From an uncultured Bacilli bacterium (GTDB lineage Bacteria > Bacillota_I > Bacilli_A > RF39 > UBA660), in NCBI GenBank assembly GCA_934149245.1, contig CAKPER010000005.1:367-64366 (forward strand): a stretch of DNA of 64,000 bases, written 5' to 3'. The notes below the pieces were generated by a model, which made no database searches, was not told the origin of the DNA, and saw only the letters and a program-made list of their open reading frames with translations. The translations under genes were made by a program, and so were the position numbers. Shown here in pieces: positions 18,819-28,332 of the stretch; the stretch's first letter is position 1, and every line of letters begins with the position of its first letter.

Positions 18819-19758
18819 ATGTCTATATATGGTAATTCCTTGCTATAATGAAGAAGAAGTTATCGAATCTACTATAAAAATATTAACTAATAAAATAAAG
18901 TTATTGATAAAATCAAAAAAAATTGATAAGAATAGTAAAATAGTTATAGTAGATGATGGAAGTAGTGATAAAACATTAGAAATAGTAAAGAAGTTAAAAA
19001 TTAAAAATAAATTTTTAATGATAATAAAGTTATCAAGAAACTTTGGCCATCAAAAGGCTATATATGCTGGAATGATGGAAGTTATGAAGGAAGCTTCTAT
19101 GGTTATTACTATGGATGCTGATTTACAAGATGATATAGAGGCTATTGATAAAATGGTTGATTGTTATAATGATGGCGTTGATATAGTTTATGGTGTGAGA
19201 AGTTCTAGAGATACAGATAGCTTTTTTAAAAAGTATAGTGCTTTATTATTTTATAAAGTTATGTCTTTTTTAGGAGTAGAGCTTATCTATAATTGTGCTG
19301 ATTTTAGATTAATGAGTAAAAGAAGTATAGAAGAATTGTCTAGGTATGGAGAGTCTAATTTATTTATAAGAGGTATAGTCCCTATGCTGGGATTTAAGAC
19401 TGATAAAGTATATTACGAAAGAAAAAAAAGAGAATTAGGAACTACTAAATATACACTTGGTAAGATGACAAGATTAGCTTTAGATGGGGTTACATCTTTT
19501 AGTATTAAACCTATTAGATTTATAATAAATCTTGGATTAATATTTTCTCTACTTAGTTTTTCATATCTTATTTATATAGTGTTTAGTTATTTTAAAGGTT
19601 CTTCAGTAGTTACTGGTTGGACTTCTACTATAGCTTTTATATGTTTTTTTGGTAGTTTTCAAATTCTTTGTATAGGTGTTATTGGAGAGTATATATCTAG
19701 AATATATATAGAAACTAAGAATAGACCTAAATATACAGTTGATGAAATTATTAGATAA
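18811..19758 (+). CDS. csbB: Polyprenol-phosphate glycosyltransferase (CsbB/GtrB/ArnC-like GT2)
   Basis: MVIPCYNEEEVI, IVDDGSSDKT, LSRNFGHQKA and DADLQDD, plus two C-terminal TM helices. GGAGG precedes the ATG at 18811. Overlaps the previous gene by 8 nt. Confidence 0.8.
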   Translation: MNKCLYMVIPCYNEEEVIESTIKILTNKIKLLIKSKKIDKNSKIVIVDDGSSDKTLEIVKKLKIKNKFLMIIKLSRNFGHQKAIYAGMMEVMKEASMVITMDADLQDDIEAIDKMVDCYNDGVDIVYGVRSSRDTDSFFKKYSALLFYKVMSFLGVELIYNCADFRLMSKRSIEELSRYGESNLFIRGIVPMLGFKTDKVYYERKKRELGTTKYTLGKMTRLALDGVTSFSIKPIRFIINLGLIFSLLSFSYLIYIVFSYFKGSSVVTGWTSTIAFICFFGSFQILCIGVIGEYISRIYIETKNRPKYTVDEIIR

Positions 19759-19898
19759 TTGTAATTTATGAGTGAATATAGTTTTAGTGGTTTAATATTA
19801 AAAATATTTTTTTAGTAATTTTTATGGCAATATTGACTTTTTAGTCATTATAGTTTATCATTTAATTATAGTTTATAGATGTGAGGAGGAAATATAAT

Positions 19899-20216
19899 AT
19901 GTATTTTTTAGTTGATTATTGTACTGGGTTAGCACCTCTTATTAGATTAGTTAAGTCAGTTGTTAAATTGATTCAGTTTGGAGTTCCAATATTGTTGATT
20001 TTATTTGGAATGATTGATTTAGGTAAGGCTGTTATGTCAAGTAAAGAGGATGAGATGAAAAAAGCTCAAGGTACTTTACTTAAGAGATTTATATATGCGG
20101 TTGCTGTATTTTTAGTTGTTACTTTAGTTATGTTTGTTATGAATCTTGTTAGTGATTCTCAAGCTAAAGGAGCTGATACAAATTCTTGGAGTAATTGCTG
20201 GAATAGGATTAAGTAG
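19899..20216 (+). CDS. Small two-TM membrane protein (VirB2/TrbC-pilin-like topology), function unknown
   Basis: GAGGAGG lies 8 nt before the ATG at 19899. The track's GTG at 19881 overlaps this RBS. Two hydrophobic helices flank the charged loop GKAVMSSKEDEMKKAQ. Confidence 0.5.
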   Translation: MYFLVDYCTGLAPLIRLVKSVVKLIQFGVPILLILFGMIDLGKAVMSSKEDEMKKAQGTLLKRFIYAVAVFLVVTLVMFVMNLVSDSQAKGADTNSWSNCWNRIK

Positions 20217-20240
20217 ATGTATATATAATTTACTGGATGA

Positions 20241-20269
20241 ATGTGTTCTTGTGGACACATTTTTCTTTT
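20241..20269 (+). terminator. Rho-independent terminator
   Basis: Stem atgtgttc/ggacacat (one G-T pair), loop ttgt, then ttttctttt. Confidence 0.55.
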
Positions 20270-20314
20270 GGATTTATGATTATTGTGTTATTATAGTTAT
20301 AGGGAAGTGAGAAG

Positions 20315-22876
20315 ATGGAGAAGGTTGTTTTAGTAGATGGTAATAACTTACTATTTAGAAGCTATTATGCTACTGCTTATAGTGGTAATTTTATGAAAAA
20401 TAGTAGAGGATTTCCAACTAATGGTTTATATGGTTTTGTAAATATGATAAATAAGATAATTAATGAAGAAAAACCTAAATATATGATGGTAGCATTTGAT
20501 ATTGGTAAAACTTTTAGACATGAAAAATATGATGAATATAAGGGAGGAAGAGCTGAAACTCCGGATGAACTTAAAAGCCAATTTCCTGTTGCTAAAGAGA
20601 TATTGAATTGTATGGGAATAAAGTATTTAGAAAAAGATTTATATGAAGCTGATGATATCATAGGAACTTTTGCTAAGATGATTGATGAATCTTCTTTGTA
20701 TGAAGGTTTAATAGTAAGTAGTGATAAAGATTTATTACAATTAATTAGTGATAAGGTAACGGTTAAGTTATTAAAAACTAAGGATTATATAATGATGAAT
20801 CATGATACATTTGTTGATACTTATGGAATAGAACCAATTAGAATGATAGATCTTAAAGGATTAATGGGAGATGCTTCTGATAATATTCCAGGTGTTAAAG
20901 GAATAGGAGAGAAAACAGCTTTAAAATTACTTTCTACTTATGATACTATAGAAGATATATATAATAATATAGAACAGATAAAGGGAGCTGTTAAGAATAA
21001 ACTTATTGATGGCAGAAAGCAAGCAATTGATAGTAAAGATTTAGCTACTATATATAGAGAGGTTCCTCTTGATGTTACATTTGATGATATAAAATATACT
21101 TATACTTTTAGTGAAGAATTGATGAATTTATATAAAGAGTTAGAATTTTATTCTTTTATAAAGAAAAATGATATGAAAAGGGAAAAAGAAGATATAGAAG
21201 TCAAGGTAATTTATGATACTAAAACTTTGAATATAACTGATGATGTTTCTGTATATGTGGATATTAGTGATAGTAATTATCATAGAGGAATTATAGAGGG
21301 AATTAGTATCTATAATGATAGTAATAGTATTTATATACCAGGAGATAATATTGGAGACCTTAGTTATATTAAAGGAAATATTTATACTTATGATGCTAAA
21401 AGATTATATGTTAGTTTTTTTAAGAAGAATATAAACATTGATACTATTACTAGTGATATTATGATTGCTGCTTATTTAGTTAATTATAATGTTAGTGATG
21501 ATATTGCTAAGTTAGCTTTAGAGCTTGGTTATGATATACCTAGTCCTAATAAAAATGAGGATATTTCTCTTGAAGATAAAGCTAAGATAGGAATTAGTAA
21601 GGCTAAGTTTATATATGAAACTAAGGATTTATTTGACAAGAAAATGCAAGAAGAGGGAGTAATTGATTTATATAATAATATAGAGTTACCACTTTCGTTT
21701 GTGCTTGGAAGAATGGAATATACTGGTATAAAGTGTGATAGTAGTGTTTTAGATAAAATGGGGCTTGATATAAGAAGTAAAGTTAGTGAAATTCAAAATA
21801 GTATATATGACCTAGCTGGAAATGTTTTTAATATATCTAGTCCTAAACAATTAGGAGAAGTATTATTTGATAAGTTAGGTCTTCCTCATGGGAAAAAAGG
21901 AAAGAGTGGTAATTATTCTACTGATGAGGCTACTTTATCTAAACTTATAGATTATCCTATTATTCAGTTAATTCTTGAGTATAGAATGCTTACTAAATTA
22001 GAGAATACTTACATAGAGGGATTAAAGTCTAATATAATGGCTGATGGACGTATACATACTATTTATACGCAAACGATAACTGCTACTGGTAGACTTTCTT
22101 CTATTGCTCCTAATTTGCAGAATATTCCTGTCCGAAATGAATATGGAAGACTTATTAGAAAGAGTTTTGTTAGTGATAAAGATAGTGTTATTTTAAGTAG
22201 TGATTATTCCCAAATAGAGCTTAGAATGTTTGCTCATTTAGCATCTATTGATAGCATGAGAGAGGCTTTTATTAATAATTTTGATATTCATACTCATACT
22301 GCTTCTTTAATTTATCATGTTCCTATGGATAAAGTTACTAAAAATATGAGAAGAAGTGCTAAGGCTGTTAATTTTGGAATTATATATGGAATTAGTAGTT
22401 ATGGACTTGCTAAGGATTTGAATATTAGTGTTAAAGAAGCTAAAGATTTTATTAATAATTATTTTGAGACATATCCTGGTATTAGAGATTACATGGATAA
22501 AGAGATAAAAGAGGCACATGAGGTTGGTTATGTAAAGACAATAATGGGTAGGAAGAGAGTTATTAATGAACTTAAGAATAAGAATTATAATATAAGAAGT
22601 ATGGGTGAGAGAATGGCTTTAAATACTCCTATTCAAGGAAGTAGTGCAGATATTTTAAAGAAAGCAATGATTGAGATTGATAGAGAGTTTACTAAGCGTG
22701 GTCTTAAGAGTAGAATGTTATTACAAGTTCATGATGAGCTTGTATTTAATGTTTTAGTTGATGAAGAAGAAATTGTAAAAAAAATTGTTAAAAATATAAT
22801 GGAAAATACTTATAAAATTAGTGTTCCAATAGTAGCAGATATTAATATTGGGGCTGATTTATATGAGGCTAAGTAA
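20315..22876 (+). CDS. polA: DNA polymerase I
   Basis: 5'-nuclease N-terminus VLVDGNNLLFRSYYA. Polymerase motifs DYSQIELR (A), RRSAKAVNFGIIYG (B) and LQVHDEL (C). Confidence 0.92.
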   Translation: MEKVVLVDGNNLLFRSYYATAYSGNFMKNSRGFPTNGLYGFVNMINKIINEEKPKYMMVAFDIGKTFRHEKYDEYKGGRAETPDELKSQFPVAKEILNCMGIKYLEKDLYEADDIIGTFAKMIDESSLYEGLIVSSDKDLLQLISDKVTVKLLKTKDYIMMNHDTFVDTYGIEPIRMIDLKGLMGDASDNIPGVKGIGEKTALKLLSTYDTIEDIYNNIEQIKGAVKNKLIDGRKQAIDSKDLATIYREVPLDVTFDDIKYTYTFSEELMNLYKELEFYSFIKKNDMKREKEDIEVKVIYDTKTLNITDDVSVYVDISDSNYHRGIIEGISIYNDSNSIYIPGDNIGDLSYIKGNIYTYDAKRLYVSFFKKNINIDTITSDIMIAAYLVNYNVSDDIAKLALELGYDIPSPNKNEDISLEDKAKIGISKAKFIYETKDLFDKKMQEEGVIDLYNNIELPLSFVLGRMEYTGIKCDSSVLDKMGLDIRSKVSEIQNSIYDLAGNVFNISSPKQLGEVLFDKLGLPHGKKGKSGNYSTDEATLSKLIDYPIIQLILEYRMLTKLENTYIEGLKSNIMADGRIHTIYTQTITATGRLSSIAPNLQNIPVRNEYGRLIRKSFVSDKDSVILSSDYSQIELRMFAHLASIDSMREAFINNFDIHTHTASLIYHVPMDKVTKNMRRSAKAVNFGIIYGISSYGLAKDLNISVKEAKDFINNYFETYPGIRDYMDKEIKEAHEVGYVKTIMGRKRVINELKNKNYNIRSMGERMALNTPIQGSSADILKKAMIEIDREFTKRGLKSRMLLQVHDELVFNVLVDEEEIVKKIVKNIMENTYKISVPIVADINIGADLYEAK

Positions 22877-22894
22877 GTAGTAAGGGGTGGAAGT

Positions 22895-23719
22895 ATGCCA
22901 GAGTTACCAGAGGTTGAGACAGTAAGACGTGGTCTTTTAGATAAAGTATTAAATAGAGTTATAAAAGGTGTTAGAGTAAATTATCCAGGGATTATAGAAT
23001 ATCCTAGTATTTCTTTATTTAAAAAAGAGATTATAGGACAAAGAATTAACGATATTTCTAGATATGGTAAATGGTTGATATTTGTTTTGGATGATTTTTA
23101 TTTATTATCTCATTTAAGAATGGAAGGTAAGTATTTTATAAAGAGTAGTAAAGATGTTGATTTAAAACATGAGCATGTTATATTTGAATTAGATGATAAG
23201 ACTGAACTTAGGTATATGGATGTAAGAAAGTTTGGAAAGATGCATCTTATTCCAAAAGATAAGATAAAAGAAATTGGGCCTTTAAAAGAACTTGGATTAG
23301 AGCCATGGGACGAAAATTTAACTTTAGAATATTTGCAAGATAAATTTAGCAAGAAGAGATTACCAATAAAGAGTGTGCTTTTAGATCAGAGTATTATTGT
23401 AGGAATTGGAAATATTTATGCTGATGAAATTTTGTTTTTAGCAAAAATTAATCCATATACAAGAGCAATGGATTTGAATGATGATTCTATTAAAAACATT
23501 ATAAAGTACACTAGAATTGTTTTGGAAGATGCTATAAAAGCTGGTGGTACTACTATTAGAAGTTATAGTAGTGTTAATGGAATTCATGGAATGTTTCAAC
23601 AAAATTTGAATGTTCATTCTCGTAGTGGTGAGGCTTGTCCAGTATGTGGTTCTGAAGTTATTAAAGTTAAAATAGGAGGAAGAGGCACTTATTATTGTAG
23701 TAAATGTCAGGTTAAGTAA
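22895..23719 (+). CDS. mutM: Formamidopyrimidine-DNA glycosylase
   Basis: N-terminal MPELPEVETVRRGL. H2TH region. C-terminal zinc finger CPVCG...YYCSKCQ. Confidence 0.92.
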   Translation: MPELPEVETVRRGLLDKVLNRVIKGVRVNYPGIIEYPSISLFKKEIIGQRINDISRYGKWLIFVLDDFYLLSHLRMEGKYFIKSSKDVDLKHEHVIFELDDKTELRYMDVRKFGKMHLIPKDKIKEIGPLKELGLEPWDENLTLEYLQDKFSKKRLPIKSVLLDQSIIVGIGNIYADEILFLAKINPYTRAMDLNDDSIKNIIKYTRIVLEDAIKAGGTTIRSYSSVNGIHGMFQQNLNVHSRSGEACPVCGSEVIKVKIGGRGTYYCSKCQVK

Positions 23720-23928
23720 AATTGGCATTTTCGTTTAGCTAGTTAGAATATAAGAATAATAATATTTTAATTTTGCTGTTAGTTTGATATTTAAAAAAAC
23801 TTAAGTCGATAGTAGGAATGTTTTAGCATAGAAAAAGTTATTTTTCTCTTTGAATAATATAAATTATTCATATAGTTTAAAGATTGAAAATAATGAAATT
23901 TTAGATTTGATAACAATTAAACATAATA

Positions 23929-23957
23929 TTGACTTTTAGGTAAATATTTGATACTAT
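23929..23957 (+). promoter_or_regulatory. Candidate sigma-A promoter for the TasA-like gene
   Basis: TTGACT (23929-23934), a 17-nt spacer, then TACTAT (23952-23957), about 25 nt before the RBS. Confidence 0.35.
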
Positions 23958-23981
23958 TAATACAATAAAGGGTGATAGCAA

Positions 23982-24950
23982 ATGAATGAGAATATGGAAA
24001 AAAATCAAAATTTAGATAATCAAGCTAGGCAGCCAGAAAATAAGAGAAATACATTCAATATCATTATTGGAGTTTCAACACTTCTAATAGCAATATTAGG
24101 AGCAACTTTTGCTTATTTCTCTGCAACTGCTACAAGTAAAGATAATGATGTAAATGTTAAATCAGCATATGTTAGTATTTCTTATGATGGTGGTACAGAA
24201 ATTAAGGCTAGTAATTTGATACCTTCAACTGAGAGAGTAGCCTTAAAAATGTTTCAAAAAGAAAATATTGAATCAATAGGTGCTGAGGGTGACGAGGGCT
24301 TGGAAATAGCTGATGAAGATTTATATACTAATGATACATCTAGGAGATGTATTGATGTAAGAGGAAGAGAAGTTTGCTATGTATATCAATTTACTATCAC
24401 TAGCGATGGAGAGGTTGGAGGAACAACCGGTATAACAGGATATATTAAAGTAAATCAAAATCAGTTTGATAATTTGAGTTATGTTATATACGAGGTAACT
24501 TTTAAGAAAAATGAAAACGGTAAAATACTTCTTGATAAGTACGGACATAAAATAGTTGAGGAATATAAGATGGTTGATGGAATTAATTTTCCTAATGTAG
24601 ATAATAATACTGATCACGAAGATGATGATCCAAACTATTCACTTTTTGAAAAGCCAATTGATGTAAGAGGTGATAATAATGAGTATCAATCTACTAAATA
24701 TCCACTTGCTTGTTTATTCGGACAATCAGATTCATATGCTACAGCAGAAATAGATGATCCAGCAAGATGCAGAACGGCTCAGATTAGTAATAAAGAAAGT
24801 CACACTTACCAAGTAATGGTATGGTTAAATGAAACTGGAAAAATTCAAAATGAACAAGGTAAAGAATTTAAAGGAACCGTATCAATAGAAGTACCAGGTG
24901 GTACTGGTGGTAGTGATTATGAAGATGGTAAGATTACTGGTAAACAATAG
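23982..24950 (+). CDS. TasA/camelysin-like secreted protein with SipW-type signal peptide
   Basis: N-terminus ...IIIGVSTLLIAILGATFAYFSATATSKDNDV matches the G(G/A)TFAYFSD-type signal motif of TasA/CalY/camelysin proteins. Beta-rich remainder. Confidence 0.5.
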   Translation: MNENMEKNQNLDNQARQPENKRNTFNIIIGVSTLLIAILGATFAYFSATATSKDNDVNVKSAYVSISYDGGTEIKASNLIPSTERVALKMFQKENIESIGAEGDEGLEIADEDLYTNDTSRRCIDVRGREVCYVYQFTITSDGEVGGTTGITGYIKVNQNQFDNLSYVIYEVTFKKNENGKILLDKYGHKIVEEYKMVDGINFPNVDNNTDHEDDDPNYSLFEKPIDVRGDNNEYQSTKYPLACLFGQSDSYATAEIDDPARCRTAQISNKESHTYQVMVWLNETGKIQNEQGKEFKGTVSIEVPGGTGGSDYEDGKITGKQ

Positions 24951-25031
24951 TAGTAGTATATATTTAAGATAGAAATAGTTCTTTATTGATGAATAGAGAA
25001 AAAATGGTTCTTCGAAACGATGGACCTTAAA

Positions 25032-25060
25032 AATCACATCTAAATTTTAGGTGTGATTTT
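25032..25060 (+). terminator. Hairpin / probable terminator downstream of the TasA-like gene
   Basis: 11-bp stem aatcacatcta/taggtgtgatt (one G-T pair), loop aattt, then a T-rich tail. Confidence 0.4.
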
Positions 25061-25243
25061 ATCATATTTTATTTCTTAAAATTTAAAAAAACTAAATCAT
25101 TCTTTAAAAAAATCAAATTAATATTAAGTAAATTTATAACGAATACTTTTTGCTAGGTCCACCGAATTACAAAGAATCATTTTTGAAGTAAGGTGCGATA
25201 TGTTTTGTAATATAATAATACATAAGAAAGAAGAGAAATTCAT

Positions 25244-26433
25244 ATGAAATGTATTTTAATGAATAAAAATAAAGAGGCAATGTTAACAGAATATGATTCT
25301 GCTACAGGAGTGTTTACCAATATTTATAAAATTTACAATATTGATTATGCACCATATATATTAAAAAGTTTTTATAAAAATGAAGATGTTAATGATACCT
25401 CTTTAAGGACTAATTTAAGTGAATGGTTTAAAGGAAGGGGAATACCATCTTGGAGAGATAAGTTAGACTTATTACTACATAGACTTAATGTTAATGCTCC
25501 ATGTGAGTTGTTGGGTAAAGCATTTGGACTTTCTCTATCAGATCAATACTGGTTAAAGCCAGAAGAATCCAATCTTAACTATGAAGATATTAATTTTTTT
25601 GATAATAGCTTTGATTACGCTGAGTTTATGGAGGCATCACTTTCAAAAAATAGTAAAATGATTCAAAATATTTCCTCTCTAAAAACACCTAACAATACTA
25701 CAGATGGTATGTTAAAGAAAGCTTGGATTATAGAAAATGATATAAGATATTTATTAAAAGGTGGATATAGGAATGAAACAGTCCAACCATTTAATGAAGT
25801 ACTAGCAAGTGAAATATGTAAAAGGTTGGGATTTTATCATGTAGAATACTCACTTGATACTTATAAAGATATGGTGGTATCCAAATGTCCTTGTTTTATT
25901 ACAAAAGATACAGAATTAGTCACTTGCCATCAAATAAGAAATGGTATGAAAAATCATAATAGTATAGAAGATTATGAGGAATACATAAAAAAACTTGAAT
26001 CTGAAGGAATAAAAGATGCAAGAGAAAAAATGGAAAATATGTATATTTTGGATTTTTTAATTATGAATGAGGATAGACATCTTAATAATTTTGGAATAAT
26101 AAGAGATGTTAACACTTTAAAGTGGCTGGATGTAGCTCCAATATTTGATAATGGTCAAAGTTTAAATATTGAGTATTATGATGATGAAGAAAGGCATATT
26201 ACTGGTGAAGGCAAACTATTTTATGAAGTTAAACCATTTGATGAAATTATTAAAATAGTAAAAGATATAAAAAAATTGATGTAACTAAATTGGACGATAT
26301 TCCTAAATGGATTGATAACTTATTACATGAGTACCAAGGCATAACAGGATATTCAGATAAAAGAATTAATAAACTATGTATTTTATTAAATAGACAAATA
26401 AATAAATTAAAAAAATTAATTCAAAATAGTTAG
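25244..26433 (+). pseudogene. HipA-like Ser/Thr kinase (HipA_C-type), reading frame broken at an A7 homopolymer
   Basis: Kinase-core motif FLIMNEDRHLNNFGII. The ORF stops at 26284 just after gatataaaaaaattgatgtaa. With one extra A the frame continues as IDVTKLDDIPKWIDNLLHEYQGITGYSDKRINKLCILLNRQINKLKKLIQNS to the TAG at 26431-26433. Confidence 0.5.
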
Positions 26434-26592
26434 AAGTTAAGGTTAATTTTTTATTTTGACGCACTTAAGAAAAAATAGAAAAGTTTATCATATACTTTAA
26501 TTTAGTAAGGAATCCTTATGAAAGAATTGGTAAAAATAAACATTAAATTATGGTATTAGTGTAATACTTTTGGCTGGATTTTATATATTTTT

Positions 26593-26672
26593 CAAAAGTG
26601 TGATAAAAGCAAACAAAATAATTACAAAAGCGTGATTAAAAAAACATATTTTCTTCAAAAATGTGATATAAT
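26593..26672 (+). repeat. Three spaced direct repeats caaaaRYgtgatWaaa upstream of the AAA ATPase gene
   Basis: caaaagtgtgataaaa (26593), caaaagcgtgattaaaa (26625) and caaaaatgtgatataat (26656), spaced 31-32 bp apart. The third overlaps an extended -10, TGaTATAAT (26664-26672). Confidence 0.6.
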
Positions 26673-26692
26673 GTAATTAAGGAGGGGATAAT

Positions 26693-27997
26693 ATGCAAAG
26701 ATTTATAACTGAAAAACTAATTAAATGGAAGGATAGTAAAGATAGAAAGCCTTTAATTTTAAAAGGTGCAAGACAAGTTGGTAAGACATATATATTAAAG
26801 GAATTTGGAAAAAATAATTATGATAATGTGGCTTATTTTAACTTTGATCATGATGATGGACTAGCTGAATTATTTTTAAATACTAAAGATCCAAAAAGAG
26901 TTATTGAACAACTATCTTTGGCAAATGGTAAAAAAATAAATCCAAATACAACATTAATTATATTTGATGAAATACAAGAATGTTCTAATGCATTAAATTC
27001 TTTAAAGTATTTTTGTGAAGAAGCAAGTGAATATCATGTTGCTTGTGCTGGATCACTTCTTGGAATAAGACTTTCTAAAACATCTTTTCCTGTTGGTAAA
27101 GTAGATTTTTTGAATTTATATCCAATGACATTTAGTGAATTTTTAATTGCTGATAATTCTGAAAATTTAGTATTAGTTATGAGGCAAACTAAAGATATAA
27201 AAGAGATTCCTAAAATTTTTGAAGATAGATTGATAGAAAAATTAAAAATATATTATATTATTGGTGGAATGCCAGAGGTAGTATACAGTTGGGTTAATGA
27301 TAAGGATATAGAGAAAGTTAATAAAATTCAAAAAAATATTTTAGATTCCTATGAAAATGACTTTTCAAAACATACTGAAACAAGTGAGGCAAATAAGATA
27401 TCTTTAATATGGAATGGAATACCATCACAATTAGCAAGAGAAAATAAAAAGTTTGTATATCAGGTGGTAAAGGAAGGCGCTCGTGCTAGAGAATATGAAG
27501 GTGCATTAAATTGGCTAAATGCTGCTAATTTAATATCTAAGTGTTATTTAGTAAAAAAATGTGCTTTTCCTTTAAAAGCATATCATGATTTGTCTGCTTA
27601 TAAGATTTATATGAATGATGTAGGACTTTTAAGAAGAATGTCTAATTTAGATAGCAGAATTATTTTAGGTGGCAATAAACTTCTAGAAGAATTTAAAGGT
27701 TCTTTCACTGAAAATTATGTTGCTAATGTGTTAAATTATTTGTTAGATGAATCTCCTAATTATTATACTTTTGATAGAAACGAAATAGATTTTGTAATAC
27801 AAAGAAATAATAAAATAATTCCAATAGAAGTAAAGTCTGATAAAAGTACTAATCATAATAGTTTAACAAAGTATAATAATAAATTTAATAGTGAAATATC
27901 ACTTAGGTTTTCATTAAATAACTTAAGTAAAGATGGTAAAATAATTAACATTCCACTTTACTTTATAGAGTATATTAATGATTTAGATCTAGATTAA
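26693..27997 (+). CDS. AAA-family ATPase (AAA_14 + DUF4143-type)
   Basis: RBS AAGGAGGGG. Walker A LKGARQVGKT, Walker B LIIFDEIQ. C-terminal restriction-endonuclease-like segment EIDFVIQ...IPIEVKS typical of DUF4143 proteins. Confidence 0.75.
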   Translation: MQRFITEKLIKWKDSKDRKPLILKGARQVGKTYILKEFGKNNYDNVAYFNFDHDDGLAELFLNTKDPKRVIEQLSLANGKKINPNTTLIIFDEIQECSNALNSLKYFCEEASEYHVACAGSLLGIRLSKTSFPVGKVDFLNLYPMTFSEFLIADNSENLVLVMRQTKDIKEIPKIFEDRLIEKLKIYYIIGGMPEVVYSWVNDKDIEKVNKIQKNILDSYENDFSKHTETSEANKISLIWNGIPSQLARENKKFVYQVVKEGARAREYEGALNWLNAANLISKCYLVKKCAFPLKAYHDLSAYKIYMNDVGLLRRMSNLDSRIILGGNKLLEEFKGSFTENYVANVLNYLLDESPNYYTFDRNEIDFVIQRNNKIIPIEVKSDKSTNHNSLTKYNNKFNSEISLRFSLNNLSKDGKIINIPLYFIEYINDLDLD

Positions 27998-28332
27998 TAA
28001 AAGTTAATATTACAATAAATAGTAGATGTAAAGGTATAGATATGAAAAAATTTAATTTAATTTAAAGAAGAAATACTTAGTGTCTTAAATTTAGAGGATA
28101 AGAAAAAATTTGAAATAATTACTAATGGTAACTAAACTCAACAGGAGCTGGAGGAAGTAAAATTATTGATTTTAATAAAAGTGATTTAATTTTTACTTAG
28201 ATGATAAATATAAAATTAAATTAATTAAAAATGGATATGGGATAAGAAATTTATCTGGTATCTTTTTATTTTTGCTAAAAATCATATTTTAATACATAAA
28301 AAAAGCCCATTAAAGGACTTCTGAATACATTA

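Noticed and set aside
28298-28320. Terminator for the tRNA-Glu on the minus strand (aagccc/ggactt stem plus U-run)
   Set aside because: The 6-bp stem has a central C-A mismatch. This is too weak to call from sequence alone.
28000-28330. Small ORFs or a gene remnant between the AAA ATPase and the tRNA (for example atgaaaaaatttaatttaatttaa)
   Set aside because: Only stop-riddled fragments of a few codons are present, and I could recognise no motif. It is mentioned only as possible decayed DNA within the islet finding.
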